Shown here in pieces: positions 11,349 to 23,283 of a stretch of 64,000 nucleotides of DNA (positions are counted from its first letter, which is position 1; every line of letters begins with the position of its first letter). The stretch covers positions 28,765 through 92,764 of the forward strand of contig CBDDRM010000028.1 in assembly GCA_965233135.1 (NCBI GenBank), given 5' to 3'. The notes under the pieces are model-generated. The model was given only the letters and a program-made list of their open reading frames with translations, ran no database searches and was not told where the DNA came from. This DNA is from an uncultured bacterium. Lineage in GTDB: Bacteria > Pseudomonadota > Gammaproteobacteria > Burkholderiales > JACQAP01. Both the position numbers and the translations under genes were made by a program.

Positions 11349-12032
11349 ATGATTCTCGCCGCGGGCCGAGGTGAGCGCATGAGGCCGCTGACCGATCATG
11401 TGCCTAAATCGCTGCTGCCCGTGGGCGGTGAACCGCTCATTTTCCGGCATCTTGCGAATCTCGCGGCAGCCGGTTTCAGCCGCGTCGTCATCAATCATGC
11501 GCATCTCGGAGCACAGATCGAGGCGGCGGTCGGCGACGGGGCCCGCTGGAATCTTGCCGTGCGCTATTCGCCGGAAGCGCAGGCGCTGGAAACCGCAGGC
11601 GGCATTCGCGCCGCGCTGCCGCTGCTGGATGAGAATGCGTTCGCGGTAATCAATGCCGACGTCTACACCCACTATGACTACGCCCATCTGACGCACGCCC
11701 TGCGGAGCATGCAGGCGCAAACCCTTGCGCACCTGGTGCTGGTTAACAACCCGCCGCACCATCCGGAGGGAGATTTCGTATTGGACCGCGGCCTGGTGCG
11801 TCCCGCCGCCGGGGATGCGCTGACGTTCAGCGGCATCGGCGTATATCGCGCAGCGTTGTTTGATCCGGTATTACCCGGGAGCAAGCAAGCACTCGCCCCG
11901 CTGCTGCGCGCTCATCTGGCAGCGGGCAAAGTCACCGGCGAGCATTATCGGGGCGAGTGGCACGACATTGGCACGCCGCAAAGGTTGGCCGAACTTGAGG
12001 CGCGACTATCGTCGCACAGTCCCGCGCGCTGA
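11349..12032 (+). CDS. murU: N-acetylmuramate alpha-1-phosphate uridylyltransferase
   Basis: The in-frame ATG at 11349 of ORF 11031..12032 gives MILAAGRGERMRPLTDHVPKSLLPVGG, a nucleotidyltransferase G-rich loop. The protein is about 227 aa and is paired with amgK. Confidence 0.72.
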   Translation: MILAAGRGERMRPLTDHVPKSLLPVGGEPLIFRHLANLAAAGFSRVVINHAHLGAQIEAAVGDGARWNLAVRYSPEAQALETAGGIRAALPLLDENAFAVINADVYTHYDYAHLTHALRSMQAQTLAHLVLVNNPPHHPEGDFVLDRGLVRPAAGDALTFSGIGVYRAALFDPVLPGSKQALAPLLRAHLAAGKVTGEHYRGEWHDIGTPQRLAELEARLSSHSPAR

Positions 12033-12098
12033 GTGTCACTTGCGCCGGTTGAGCCGGCACAGGCCGTATAATCCGAATTCGCTTCGAGGATTTTGCCC

Positions 12099-13400
<1,302 letters not shown>

Positions 13401-13445
13401 GCATGGTCCCGCTTGCAAAAATCGGCCCCTGATACCTTGCACGAT

Positions 13446-14618
13446 ATGACCGGGAGTCAACCCTGCTGCGATATCGTGATAGCCGGCGGAGGACCGGTCG
13501 GCGCTGCAATTGCCATTGCTCTGAGGCATAGCGGACTCGATGTGCGCCTGTTCGAAGCACGCCCCGATTCGACCCCCATCGCCGACGCGCGCACGCTGGC
13601 GATGTCGTACGGCAGCCGCCTGATTCTGGAACGCCTCGGGCTCTGGACGCGGCTCGAATCGGCCACGCCCATCGACACCATTCACGTCTCACAACGCGGC
13701 GGATTCGGAAGCACCCTGTTAAGCGCACAGCAAGCGGGTGTGCCGGCGCTGGGCTATGTCGTGCGTTACGCGGCGTTGCAGGCGGCGCTGCGCAATGCTC
13801 TCGCGGCGCAACAAATGAAGGTGATGAGCGGCGCCATAGTCGGCGCCATGACCAGTACACCCGATCATATCGAGGTCGGTTTTCGCAGCGAGCAAGGGGA
13901 GGGATCGATCGGTGCCAGACTCCTGATCCTTGCCAACGGCGGAGAAGATAACGGCTTGCGGTCGGCAAGCGCCATGACGGTAAAGCAGTATGGCCAGCAT
14001 GCGGTGGTGGGCGCTGTCGAGACATCCCGGCCGCACCGCGGCAAAGCCTACGAGCGGTTTGCGCCGGACGGCCCCATTGCGTTGCTGCCGTTTGAAGACC
14101 GTTATGCACTGGTGTGGACCGCAACGGCGCAAACCGCGGAGCGGCTCATGGCGCTGCCGCAAGCCGCGTTTCTCGAGCAACTCCAGGCACAGTTCGGCGA
14201 TCGCGCAGGGCGCTTTGTATCCATTGGCGCGCGCAGCCGCTTTCCATTGAGCTTGCGTTACGCTGCGGACCCGGTGCTGCCGCGCGCGGTATTGCTCGGC
14301 AACGCCGCGCAGGCATTGCATCCCATCGCCGGCCAGGGCTTCAACCTGGGGTTGCGCGACGCCTGGGAGTTGGGAGAAATTTTGTTGTTGCATGGAACGC
14401 CCGATCCCGGGAGCGAAACGTGCCTCGCACGATATCGCGCGCTGCGACGTTCGGACCGGCTCGGCGGAATTGCGCTAACCCATTCGCTCGTCAAGATTTT
14501 CTCAAATGACTATGCACCCTTGCGGGTTGCACGCGGCGCAGCATTGTCGCTGCTCGAAATTGTTCCGCCTGTCAAACGCGCACTCATGCAGCGCATGATT
14601 TTCGGCGCGCCGCGATAA
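13446..14618 (+). CDS. ubiH: FAD-dependent ubiquinone-biosynthesis hydroxylase (UbiH/UbiF/VisC family)
   Basis: It has DIVIAGGGPVGAAIA (GxGxxG), GNAAQALHPIAGQGFNLGLRD and pepP-ubiH synteny. The start is taken at the ATG at 13446. Confidence 0.8.
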   Translation: MTGSQPCCDIVIAGGGPVGAAIAIALRHSGLDVRLFEARPDSTPIADARTLAMSYGSRLILERLGLWTRLESATPIDTIHVSQRGGFGSTLLSAQQAGVPALGYVVRYAALQAALRNALAAQQMKVMSGAIVGAMTSTPDHIEVGFRSEQGEGSIGARLLILANGGEDNGLRSASAMTVKQYGQHAVVGAVETSRPHRGKAYERFAPDGPIALLPFEDRYALVWTATAQTAERLMALPQAAFLEQLQAQFGDRAGRFVSIGARSRFPLSLRYAADPVLPRAVLLGNAAQALHPIAGQGFNLGLRDAWELGEILLLHGTPDPGSETCLARYRALRRSDRLGGIALTHSLVKIFSNDYAPLRVARGAALSLLEIVPPVKRALMQRMIFGAPR

Positions 14619-14692
14619 CACAAGCCGTTTGGCTTTCTCCATCGCGCGGCGGTTGCGCTAGAATGGCGGTCCGCTTTTTTGTCGCCCGCATC

Positions 14693-15700
14693 ATGCAGAT
14701 CGGCCCGCATGTCCTCAGAAATAATTTGATCGTCGCGCCGATGGCGGGCGTAACCGATCGACCGTTTCGCCAGTTGTGCAAGGCGATGGGCGCGGGCATG
14801 GCAGTTTCCGAAATGATTTCTTCCAATGCAAAGCTGCGCGAGACGTTGAAGTCGAGGCGCCGCGCGGATCACGAGGGTGAAGTGGATCCTATTTCGGTGC
14901 AGATCGCCGGCTCCGATCCGGCCGCCATGGCAGATGCGGCGCGCTACAACGCGGATCGTGGCGCACAGATCATCGACATCAACATGGGCTGCCCGGCAAA
15001 AAAAGTCTGCAACGTCGCGGCCGGATCGGCGCTGTTGCAGAACGAGCCGCTTGTCGGACGAATACTTGACGCCGTTGTCGCGTCGGTCGACATGCCGGTG
15101 ACCCTCAAAATTCGCACCGGGTGGAATCCGCAGAACCGAAATGCGGTGCGCGTTGCGAAAATCGCCGAGTCGGCGGGTATCAAGGCGTTGTCGATCCACG
15201 GGCGAACCCGCGCGTGCGCATTCATCGGTGAGGTGGAATACGAAACCATCGCCGAGGTGAAATCCCGCATCACCATTCCCGTCATCGCCAACGGCGATAT
15301 AAAGACGCCTGAAACCGCGCGCGACGTACTGCGGCGCACCGGTGCAGATGCGCTGATGATTGGCCGCGCGGCGCAGGGTCGTCCGTGGATTTTTCGCGAG
15401 ATCCAGCATTTCCTGGTGACGGGCCGTCATCTTCCCGCGCCGCGCATCGCGGAGATCCGGGAAGTACTGGTACAGCATTTGCATGGTCTCTATGCTTTTT
15501 ACGGAGAAGAGGCTGGGGTGCGTGTGGCACGCAAGCACATCAGCTGGTACGTCAGCACGCTGACTGGCGCCGCGCAATTTCGTCAGACCATGAATAAACT
15601 CGAATCCGTACACGAGCAACTCGCCGCCGTGGAGAGTTATCTTTCCGGCCTTGCAGTCCGCGGAGATCGACTGACCTATAGCGGGGAACTCGCGGCATGA
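14693..15700 (+). CDS. dusB: tRNA-dihydrouridine synthase B
   Basis: [26 protein letters not shown] closely parallels the E. coli DusB N-terminus. [11 protein letters not shown] is present, and the gene forms an operon with fis through an ATGA overlap. Confidence 0.9.
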   Translation: MQIGPHVLRNNLIVAPMAGVTDRPFRQLCKAMGAGMAVSEMISSNAKLRETLKSRRRADHEGEVDPISVQIAGSDPAAMADAARYNADRGAQIIDINMGCPAKKVCNVAAGSALLQNEPLVGRILDAVVASVDMPVTLKIRTGWNPQNRNAVRVAKIAESAGIKALSIHGRTRACAFIGEVEYETIAEVKSRITIPVIANGDIKTPETARDVLRRTGADALMIGRAAQGRPWIFREIQHFLVTGRHLPAPRIAEIREVLVQHLHGLYAFYGEEAGVRVARKHISWYVSTLTGAAQFRQTMNKLESVHEQLAAVESYLSGLAVRGDRLTYSGELAA

Positions 15701-15933
15701 TCAACGACAACGAGATTGCGCGCTGCGTGCGCAAGGCGATGGATGGATATTTCAAGGATCTCGAAGGCGAGCGGCCGTGCGCCGTGTACGATATGGTCAT
15801 GAACTCGGTGGAAAAACCGCTGATCGAGATCGTGCTCCATCGCGTCTCCGGCAATCAAACGCAAGCGGCACAACTGTTGGGCATGAACCGCAACACGCTG
15901 CGCAAGAAAATGAAATATTTTGGCATCAAGTAG
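15697..15933 (+). CDS. fis: DNA-binding protein Fis
   Basis: 78-aa ORF with the C-terminal [29 protein letters not shown]. Confidence 0.9.
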   Translation: MINDNEIARCVRKAMDGYFKDLEGERPCAVYDMVMNSVEKPLIEIVLHRVSGNQTQAAQLLGMNRNTLRKKMKYFGIK

Positions 15934-15956
15934 ATGCTGGTGCCCTACCGGACAGG

Positions 15957-15989
15957 CCGCCCGTCCGAGAAGACGGGCGGTTTATTTTT
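15957..15989 (+). terminator. Rho-independent terminator after fis
   Basis: ccgcccgtc cgagaa gacgggcgg, followed by tttattttt. Confidence 0.7.
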
Positions 15990-16004
15990 GTGGGACCGCG
16001 TTTA

Positions 16005-17564
16005 ATGACTAATCGAAGAGCCTTGATCAGTTTGTCCGACAAAACCGGGGCGGCGCCGTTCGGCCGTGCGCTGCACGAAATGGGCATGGAGATCCTTTCC
16101 ACGGGCGGAACAGCCAGGCTTTTGCGCGAGGCGCAGGTGCCGGTCGTCGAAATCGGCGATTACACGGGATTCCCCGAGATGCTCGACGGCCGGGTCAAAA
16201 CCCTGCATCCGAAAGTGCACGCCGGCATTCTTGCGCGCCGCGACTTGCCCGCGCACATGCAGGCTTTAGCCGATGGCACGATCCCGACGATCGATCTGGT
16301 TGTGGTCAACCTGTATCCATTCGCACAGACCATCGCCAGGGACGGATGCACCCTGGACGAAGCAGTCGAGAACATCGACATCGGCGGGCCCACCATGGTA
16401 AGGGCCGCCGCAAAAAACTGGCAGCATGTCGCGGTTGTAACCGATCCGGCCGACTATCCTCTTCTGCTCGCGGAAATGAAGGCAGCCAACGGCGCCATCA
16501 GCATCGAAACGCGCTTTCGCCTGGCCAGAAAGGCCTTTTCCCACACGGCGGCTTACGACGGTGCCATCAGCAATTATCTGACCGCCATCGACATCACCGG
16601 GGCACGGATCGAGTTTCCCGAACAGTGCAATATGAATTTCGCCAAAGTCCAGGATCTGCGCTATGGCGAGAATCCGCATCAGCGCGCGGCCTTCTATCGC
16701 GATTTGCGATTCGTGCCCGGCGCCTTGAGCAATTACCGGCAATTGCAGGGCAAGGAACTGTCCTATAACAATATCGCCGACGCGGATGCGGCCTGGGAGT
16801 GTGTAAAGACCCTGGCGCAACCGGCCTGCGTCATCGTCAAACACGCCAATCCGTGCGGTGTGGCGGTCGCGGGCACGCCCGCCGAAGCTTACCGGAACGC
16901 GTTCAAGACCGATCCGACTTCGGCGTTTGGCGGCATCATCGCGTTCAATCGTGAAGTCGATCTGGAAACCGCCGAAGCGGTCTCCCAGCAGTTCATGGAA
17001 GTCCTGATTGCGCCCAGGATCAGCGCGGATGCGACGGCGGCATTCGCAAAGAAAACCAACGTGCGTGTGCTCGAAGTGCCGATCGAGGGCGGCGCAAATC
17101 TCTGGGACACCAAACGGGTAGGCGGCGGATTGCTGGTGCAGACGCCCGATGCGCTCAACGTCCAGGTCTCGGATCTGCGCATCGTGACTCGCAAGCAGCC
17201 GTCGAGTGCACAGCGCAACGATCTGCTGTTTGCGTGGCGGGTGGCGAAATACGTTAAATCTAACGCCATCGTGTTTTGCGGTAACGGCATGACCCTGGGC
17301 GTCGGCGCGGGCCAGATGAGTCGCGTGGATAGCGCGCGCATCGCATCCATCAAGGCGCAGACGGCGGGCTTGTCGCTGACGGGCTCCGTGGTCGCATCCG
17401 ACGCCTTCTTTCCATTTCGTGACGGGGTGGATGTCGTGGCTGCCGCTGGCGCGGCCGCGATTGTGCAGCCGGGCGGCAGCGTGCGTGATGAAGAGGTGAT
17501 CGCCGCCGCGGATGAGCACGGGCTGGTCATGGCGATGACGGGTATACGTCATTTCCGTCACTGA
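16005..17564 (+). CDS. purH: Bifunctional AICAR transformylase / IMP cyclohydrolase
   Basis: The ATG at 16005 gives [15 protein letters not shown]...STGGTA...[15 protein letters not shown]. The C-terminus MTGIRHFRH is characteristic of PurH. Confidence 0.95.
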   Translation: MTNRRALISLSDKTGAAPFGRALHEMGMEILSTGGTARLLREAQVPVVEIGDYTGFPEMLDGRVKTLHPKVHAGILARRDLPAHMQALADGTIPTIDLVVVNLYPFAQTIARDGCTLDEAVENIDIGGPTMVRAAAKNWQHVAVVTDPADYPLLLAEMKAANGAISIETRFRLARKAFSHTAAYDGAISNYLTAIDITGARIEFPEQCNMNFAKVQDLRYGENPHQRAAFYRDLRFVPGALSNYRQLQGKELSYNNIADADAAWECVKTLAQPACVIVKHANPCGVAVAGTPAEAYRNAFKTDPTSAFGGIIAFNREVDLETAEAVSQQFMEVLIAPRISADATAAFAKKTNVRVLEVPIEGGANLWDTKRVGGGLLVQTPDALNVQVSDLRIVTRKQPSSAQRNDLLFAWRVAKYVKSNAIVFCGNGMTLGVGAGQMSRVDSARIASIKAQTAGLSLTGSVVASDAFFPFRDGVDVVAAAGAAAIVQPGGSVRDEEVIAAADEHGLVMAMTGIRHFRH

Positions 17565-17607
17565 ATGCTATCGTTGTGGCGTTTCTTCACCCCTGTTTCG
17601 TCATGCC

Positions 17608-18891
17608 ATGAATCTACTCGTAATCGGTAGCGGAGGCCGCGAGCACGCGCTTGCCTGGCGGCTCGCCCAGTCCCCGCGTATTGGCCGCGTCTATGTCGCA
17701 CCGGGCAATGCGGGCACCGCGCATGAGGATGGCCTGTTCAACGTTGCGCTCACTTCCATTGCGGATCTGGTCGAATTCGCGCGCAAGGAATCCATTGCCC
17801 TGACCGTGGTGGGACCGGAAGCGCCCTTATCCGCGGGCATCGTCGATGCCTTCCAATCCGCTGGCCTGCGCATTTTCGGCCCTACCCGCGCAGCAGCACA
17901 ACTTGAAGCATCGAAGGATTTCGCCAAGGCGTTCATGATGCGGCATGGCATTCCGACCGCCGCCTACGCAACGTTCTCCGATGCGAAGGCCGCGCACGAT
18001 TACGTGTCGAAGCAAGGGGCGCCCATCGTCGTCAAGGCCGATGGGCTGGCATCCGGCAAGGGCGTGGTCGTGGCGATGACGCTGCAAGAAGCGCACGCCG
18101 CAATCGACGCGATGCTGGTGGACAACAAGATGGGCGCAGCCGGCGCGCGCGTGGTCATCGAGGAATTCCTCGAAGGCGAGGAGGCAAGCTTCATCGTCAT
18201 GGTCGACGGCCGGCATGTGCTCGCCCTTGCCTCGAGCCAGGATCACAAGCGCTTGCGCGATGCCGACCAGGGCCCTAACACCGGCGGCATGGGTGCATAT
18301 TCGCCCGCCCCGGTGCTCACGCCAGCAGTTCATGCGCGCGTGATGCGCGAAATCATCCAACCCGCGGTGCAGGGCATGGAGAAGGAGGGCACGCCCTATA
18401 CCGGTTTTCTGTATGCCGGTTTGATGATCCGCCCCGAAGGCACTGCCAAGACACTTGAATTCAATTGCCGCATGGGCGATCCGGAGACCCAGCCCATCAT
18501 GATGCGCCTGCGTAGCGATTTGTTCACGTTGATCGAGCACGCCGTGGAAGGCACGCTGCATACGGTCGAAGTCGAGTGGGATCGGCGGGTCGCGTTGGGT
18601 GCCGTGATGGCAGCGGCAGGCTATCCCGAGAATCCGCGCGGCGGCGACGAAGTCACCGGCCTGCCGCGCGATGGCGAAGATTTTCACGTTTTTCATGCCG
18701 GTACCGTGCTGCGCGAGGGCAAAGTCTTTACCCAGGGCGGACGCGTGCTGTGCGTCACCGCGCTTGGCGACACCGTTCGCGTCGCGCAACGCCGTGCGTA
18801 CGAAATTGCCGAAGGCATTCGTTTTGCCGGAAGCCAGATGCGACGCGATATTGGCTTTCGCGCCATTGGTGCCAGAAAAAGCACGCTCTAG
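17608..18891 (+). CDS. purD: Phosphoribosylamine-glycine ligase
   Basis: 427 aa with [29 protein letters not shown] and [11 protein letters not shown]. Confidence 0.95.
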   Translation: MNLLVIGSGGREHALAWRLAQSPRIGRVYVAPGNAGTAHEDGLFNVALTSIADLVEFARKESIALTVVGPEAPLSAGIVDAFQSAGLRIFGPTRAAAQLEASKDFAKAFMMRHGIPTAAYATFSDAKAAHDYVSKQGAPIVVKADGLASGKGVVVAMTLQEAHAAIDAMLVDNKMGAAGARVVIEEFLEGEEASFIVMVDGRHVLALASSQDHKRLRDADQGPNTGGMGAYSPAPVLTPAVHARVMREIIQPAVQGMEKEGTPYTGFLYAGLMIRPEGTAKTLEFNCRMGDPETQPIMMRLRSDLFTLIEHAVEGTLHTVEVEWDRRVALGAVMAAAGYPENPRGGDEVTGLPRDGEDFHVFHAGTVLREGKVFTQGGRVLCVTALGDTVRVAQRRAYEIAEGIRFAGSQMRRDIGFRAIGARKSTL

Positions 18892-18895
18892 CGCA

Positions 18896-19792
18896 ATGGA
18901 CATCGATCTGGTCACGCACTACCTGACCGCCCTGCAGCAACAGATCGTCAGCAGTCTCGAGTCCCTGGATGGCGGATTATTCCGTCGCGATGCCTGGACG
19001 CGCCCGGAGGGCGGCGGGGGACTGAGCTGCCTGATCGAGAACGGTGAATTGTTTGAGCGCGGGGGGGTTAACTTTTCGCATGTTTCGGGAAAGGGGCTGC
19101 CTGCGTCGGCCACCGTCGCCCGACCGGAACTCGCCGGTCGCTCGTTTCAAGCCGCTGGCGTTTCCCTGGTCCTGCACCCGCGCAATCCATACGTGCCCAC
19201 GGTTCACATGAACGTGCGCTTTATTGTGGCGGAAATGGCCAACGCCGAGCCGGTCGCGTGGTTCGGCGGGGGTATGGACCTCACGCCCTACTATGGGTTC
19301 GATGAAGATGCCGTCCACTTTCATCGCACCTGCCGCGATGCGTTGAGTGCGTTCGGAGAAGGTTTGCATCCTCGGTTCAAGAAATGGTGCGACGAGTATT
19401 TTTATCTCAAGCACCGCCGCGAACCGCGCGGCATAGGCGGTATCTTCTTCGACGATCTGTCTGAACCGGGATTCGATACCTGCTTCGCGCTGGTGCGCAG
19501 CGTCGGCGACCACTTCCTCAGCGCCTATGCGCCGATAGTGGAGCGGCGCAGGAATTTGCCGTACGGTGAAACCGAACGCGATTTCCAGGCCTATCGTCGC
19601 GGCCGTTACGTGGAATTCAATCTGGTCTATGACCGCGGCACCCTGTTCGGCCTGCAGTCCGGCGGGCGCACCGAATCGATTCTCATGTCGTTGCCGCCCG
19701 TGGTGAAGTGGCGTTACGACTGGAAGCCCGCGCCGGGCTCGCCGGAAGCAAAGTTGTACTCGGATTTCCTGATCGCGCGCGATTGGGTCTGA
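18896..19792 (+). CDS. hemF: Oxygen-dependent coproporphyrinogen-III oxidase
   Basis: The ATG at 18896 within ORF 18671..19792 gives 298 aa. Motifs are [36 protein letters not shown] and [12 protein letters not shown]. Confidence 0.9.
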   Translation: MDIDLVTHYLTALQQQIVSSLESLDGGLFRRDAWTRPEGGGGLSCLIENGELFERGGVNFSHVSGKGLPASATVARPELAGRSFQAAGVSLVLHPRNPYVPTVHMNVRFIVAEMANAEPVAWFGGGMDLTPYYGFDEDAVHFHRTCRDALSAFGEGLHPRFKKWCDEYFYLKHRREPRGIGGIFFDDLSEPGFDTCFALVRSVGDHFLSAYAPIVERRRNLPYGETERDFQAYRRGRYVEFNLVYDRGTLFGLQSGGRTESILMSLPPVVKWRYDWKPAPGSPEAKLYSDFLIARDWV

Positions 19793-19953
19793 CGGTCACG
19801 CCGCCAACACCATCCCATCCGTCATCACCGCGCTCATCGGTACTCGGGAAAAACTTGCACGCCATGATCAAAGACGCGTGTTGGCAGATTTAATCCGGGC
19901 GAACAGGCGGCGACCATGTCCCCGCGCCGTGACTGCCCCTCACGCCTCTGCGG

Positions 19954-21303
19954 CTATTTGCGCAGCACGCACTTGTCGTACAGATCAGGAAGGCGGTTTT
20001 GCGGATCGTATCGGGACTTCAAGGCTCGGTAAGTCTGCGCACCATAGAGAGCGTCGAACTCTGGTCTTGAAAAGTAACTGTCCGAATACAGAGATTTAAT
20101 GCCGCCGAGCTCCACGACCTTGCGCTCGATCAGCCGGTTGAAGTGGCCAGGCAAGTTCGACTTCCTCGACTTCACGGCGTCCCAGAATCCGAAGTTCACA
20201 TAGAGCGTCGACGCATGCAGGGGATAGAGAGGAAATTGCCGCGCATCGGGACTGTGAATAGGACAAATCCACACCGGCAAGATACCGATCTCGCGCTCGA
20301 AGAATGCGAGAAACTCCGCCGCCGCCGTAATCGGAATATCCACGTCCTGGATGACCGACTCGCGCTGTAAGCCCAATAATGCGTCAAAGCGGCGGGTGAT
20401 TTGCCAGCGGCTGTTCCAGCGCATGATTCGCGTGTACGTGCGCGAATTCAGCCGCGAACGCCCTGCCAGGCGGCGAACCAGCCGATGCTGCACGCCGAAA
20501 TTCTTCGAGCACCAGAACCAGTCGGTGTCCCAGCGCCACAGGTAGTCGTGCGCCGTGAGGAAATCCTCGGTCTTTTCGCGGATGGACTGATAGTAGATAT
20601 GCTCGAACGTATAGTCGCTGATGAACGGAGCGTCATCGACAAAGGTCCCCGTCGTCAGGTAAAGGTCATTCGGTCCGAAAATCACGCCGTCGATGAAATC
20701 TGCCGGCGATACGCACAGCGTTTGCAAGGCGCGAAAGTAGACGGCGGGGTCTTTGAAACGCGTATGCGCGATATGCACGTATTTCTTGACCGGCATCGTA
20801 TCGACCCGTACCCGCAGCGCGTAGCCGAGGGTACCGTAGGAATTGGGGAAGCCAAAGAACAGATCGCGATGTTCATTATCCGGGCTGCACAGGTAGACCT
20901 TGCCGTCGCCCGCAAGCAGGTCGAGCTCACGAACGCCATGGTGCACCAGTCCGTGGCGGAATGACGTCGCCTCGATGCCCACGCCGGCCACGGCGCCCCC
21001 CACCGTAATGGTTTTCAGTTGCGGCACGACCTTCGGCATGACGCCGCAGGTCAGGGTCGCCAGCACCAGATCCTCGTAGCTGACCATGCCCTCGGCATCC
21101 ACCCAACCGGCTGCCGGATCGACTTGCAGAATGTGATTGAAGTCGCCGGCGTCGAGCCGCGGACGATTGGCGCGGTTGCGATCCCGGAACAGATTGGAGT
21201 TCTTCTTTTTGAGCGTTACGGCCCCTGGGGCGCGCGCCAGCTGCCGCGCCAGCCGTTCGCGGCGTCCCGCGTAAGTATCCAGCGCGCGGCCCTTGGCGCC
21301 CAA
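19954..21303 (-). CDS. FAD-binding (PCMH-type) oxidoreductase, DHCR24/DIMINUTO-like; candidate methylene-fatty-acyl reductase (BfaA/TmsA-like)
   Basis: 449-aa ORF whose TTG start lies 1 nt after the stop of the upstream methyltransferase. TVGGAVAGVGIEATSFRHGLVHH...LLAGDGKVYLCSPDNEHRDLFFGFPNSYGTLGYALRV parallels the FAD-binding core of DHCR24-type C=C reductases. Confidence 0.75.
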   Translation of the reverse strand: MGAKGRALDTYAGRRERLARQLARAPGAVTLKKKNSNLFRDRNRANRPRLDAGDFNHILQVDPAAGWVDAEGMVSYEDLVLATLTCGVMPKVVPQLKTITVGGAVAGVGIEATSFRHGLVHHGVRELDLLAGDGKVYLCSPDNEHRDLFFGFPNSYGTLGYALRVRVDTMPVKKYVHIAHTRFKDPAVYFRALQTLCVSPADFIDGVIFGPNDLYLTTGTFVDDAPFISDYTFEHIYYQSIREKTEDFLTAHDYLWRWDTDWFWCSKNFGVQHRLVRRLAGRSRLNSRTYTRIMRWNSRWQITRRFDALLGLQRESVIQDVDIPITAAAEFLAFFEREIGILPVWICPIHSPDARQFPLYPLHASTLYVNFGFWDAVKSRKSNLPGHFNRLIERKVVELGGIKSLYSDSYFSRPEFDALYGAQTYRALKSRYDPQNRLPDLYDKCVLRK

Positions 21304-21304
21304 T

Positions 21305-22525
21305 CTAGCGCTCCGCGTAGAGGAAACTACGGCTCATCGGATAGTTCTTCCTGGTGATGTTGCCCTTGCTGAACACGATCTGGAACAAATGCGTTCTGCC
21401 CGAGGGTGACCGGAACATTTCGGCGCAGGCAATCAGATAGGTGCGCCATACGCGCCTGAACTTCTCGTCATACCGCTTGGCATCGAGTGCCCGGATACTT
21501 TCCCACCCGCGGTCGAAGCGCTCCGCCCAGGCATCGAGAGTCGGCGCGTAGTGACGCCGCAGATTCTCGATGTCCACGACTTCCAGACCGCTTCGTTCCA
21601 TTTCCATGATGGTCTGCGCCAGGCTCGGGATCCACCCGCCGGGAAACACGTGCTTGCGAATATAGAACTCGGTGTCAAAAACCCCGACGTGCCCGATGAA
21701 ATGCAGCATGCCCAGTCCGCCAGGCTTGAGAAAGTCAGCGTGAGCCCGGATCACGGCACCGAGTTGATCGCGGCCGGCATGCTCGAGCACACCAATCGAT
21801 ACGACTTTATCGTATTGCCGGTCGACTTCGCGGAAATCGGCGAGCCTAACATGCACCCTTCCCGAGAAACCGCGCTTGGTGATTTCCTGCTCAACCGCCG
21901 CGACTTGCTCCGGCGTCGTGTTCAGACCATACGGCAGCGCACCGTAGCGCTCATGCGCATGAAACATGAAACCGCCGAAGCCGCAGCCGATGTCGACGAC
22001 GGTCTCCCCGCGCGAAAGCCGGATCTTGCGACACACATGGTCGACCTTGTTGCGCTGGGCCTCATCGACATTTGCCGTACCCTCTTTCCAGTAGCCGCAG
22101 GTATACATCATCAAGGGCGTATCGAGCCAATGGCGATAGAAGTCGGTACCAATGGCATAGTGAAAGCGCGCATTCGCACGAGCTTGCGCGATGCTGCGGT
22201 TGGAAAACCGCAGTTCGTGCCACTTGTTGCGCAGGCGTATCAGCCAATTCGGGTTGCGCTCAAAGCCGCTTTGTAACGCCACCCGGAAGGCCGTGGCGAG
22301 ATTGCCCTCGACATCGACGTCGCCATCGAAGTAGGACTCGAGCAATCCGATGTGGCCAAACAGCAATATGCGCAACCCCGCGCGCAACCGATGCATGACA
22401 ATGGTGAATTCCGGCGCGCCTTGGCGGTTCTGATGATGCGTGCCGTCCGCGAACTGTAATCGGAAACAGCTCTCGACGCGGTTTCCGAACGCCAACATTC
22501 TGTCTTTTACCATGGCGCCAAGCAT
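21305..22525 (-). CDS. Cyclopropane-fatty-acyl-phospholipid-synthase family SAM methyltransferase (BfaB/TmsB-like candidate)
   Basis: 406-aa ORF with MYTCGYWKEG, the SAM motif I VVDIGCGFGGF, VSIGVLEHAG, FPGGWIPS and YLIACAEMFR. These are hallmarks of the CMAS family. Confidence 0.85.
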   Translation of the reverse strand: MLGAMVKDRMLAFGNRVESCFRLQFADGTHHQNRQGAPEFTIVMHRLRAGLRILLFGHIGLLESYFDGDVDVEGNLATAFRVALQSGFERNPNWLIRLRNKWHELRFSNRSIAQARANARFHYAIGTDFYRHWLDTPLMMYTCGYWKEGTANVDEAQRNKVDHVCRKIRLSRGETVVDIGCGFGGFMFHAHERYGALPYGLNTTPEQVAAVEQEITKRGFSGRVHVRLADFREVDRQYDKVVSIGVLEHAGRDQLGAVIRAHADFLKPGGLGMLHFIGHVGVFDTEFYIRKHVFPGGWIPSLAQTIMEMERSGLEVVDIENLRRHYAPTLDAWAERFDRGWESIRALDAKRYDEKFRRVWRTYLIACAEMFRSPSGRTHLFQIVFSKGNITRKNYPMSRSFLYAER

Positions 22526-22572
22526 TTCGGACCTCGCTGTGGATGGGGAATCACGCCGCTCGCATGAAAGCG

Positions 22573-23283
22573 CTACTCGCCCAGATAAGCCTTCCTGACG
22601 CGGGGATCTTCGAGCAGGGCGCGCGCGCCGTCCGCGAGCGTGATCAAACCGCTTTCCATGACGTAGCCACGATGGCTTGCCTCGAGCGCCAGTTTCGCAT
22701 TCTGCTCAACCAGCAAAACGGTGACGCCCTCTTGCGACACCACGCGCACCGTATCAAAGATCTTCTCGACCATCAGCGGCGCCAAACCCATGCTGGGCTC
22801 ATCGAGCAGCAACAGGCTCGGACGGCTCATGAGTGCGCGTCCGATCGCCAGCATCTGTTGCTCTCCACCCGACAGGGTACCACCAGTCTGGTGGCGCCTT
22901 TCCGCAAGCCGTGGGAACAGCGCATAGATTCGCTCAAAATCCGCGCGAATCGCGGCTTTGTCGTTGCGAATATACGCACCCATTTGCAGATTCTCGCTCA
23001 CCGTCAGACGGCCGAACACGCCGCGCCCCTCCGGCACGAGTACAAGTCCGCGTTCGACCAGACGGTAAGCGGACAGGTTGCTGACATCCTCTCCGCGCAA
23101 CTGCACCCGGCCCGTGTGCTGCAGCAGGCCACAAATCGCCTTGAGTGTCGTCGTCTTGCCCGCGCCGTTGGCGCCGATCAGTGTGACCATTTCGCCGGCG
23201 TTTACCGTCAGATCGATGCCCTTGACGGCGTTGATGCCGCCGTACGCGACTTTCAGCGCCTTCACATCGAGCAGTGCGCTCAA
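22573..23283 (-). CDS. livF: Branched-chain amino-acid ABC transporter, ATP-binding protein
   Basis: It has Walker A GANGAGKTTT, the signature LSGGEQQMLAIGRAL and Walker B LLLLDEPS. A TTG start at 23283 overlaps the livG TGA, with TTGA shared between them. The longer ORF-track start is an artefact. Confidence 0.85.
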   Translation of the reverse strand: MSALLDVKALKVAYGGINAVKGIDLTVNAGEMVTLIGANGAGKTTTLKAICGLLQHTGRVQLRGEDVSNLSAYRLVERGLVLVPEGRGVFGRLTVSENLQMGAYIRNDKAAIRADFERIYALFPRLAERRHQTGGTLSGGEQQMLAIGRALMSRPSLLLLDEPSMGLAPLMVEKIFDTVRVVSQEGVTVLLVEQNAKLALEASHRGYVMESGLITLADGARALLEDPRVRKAYLGE

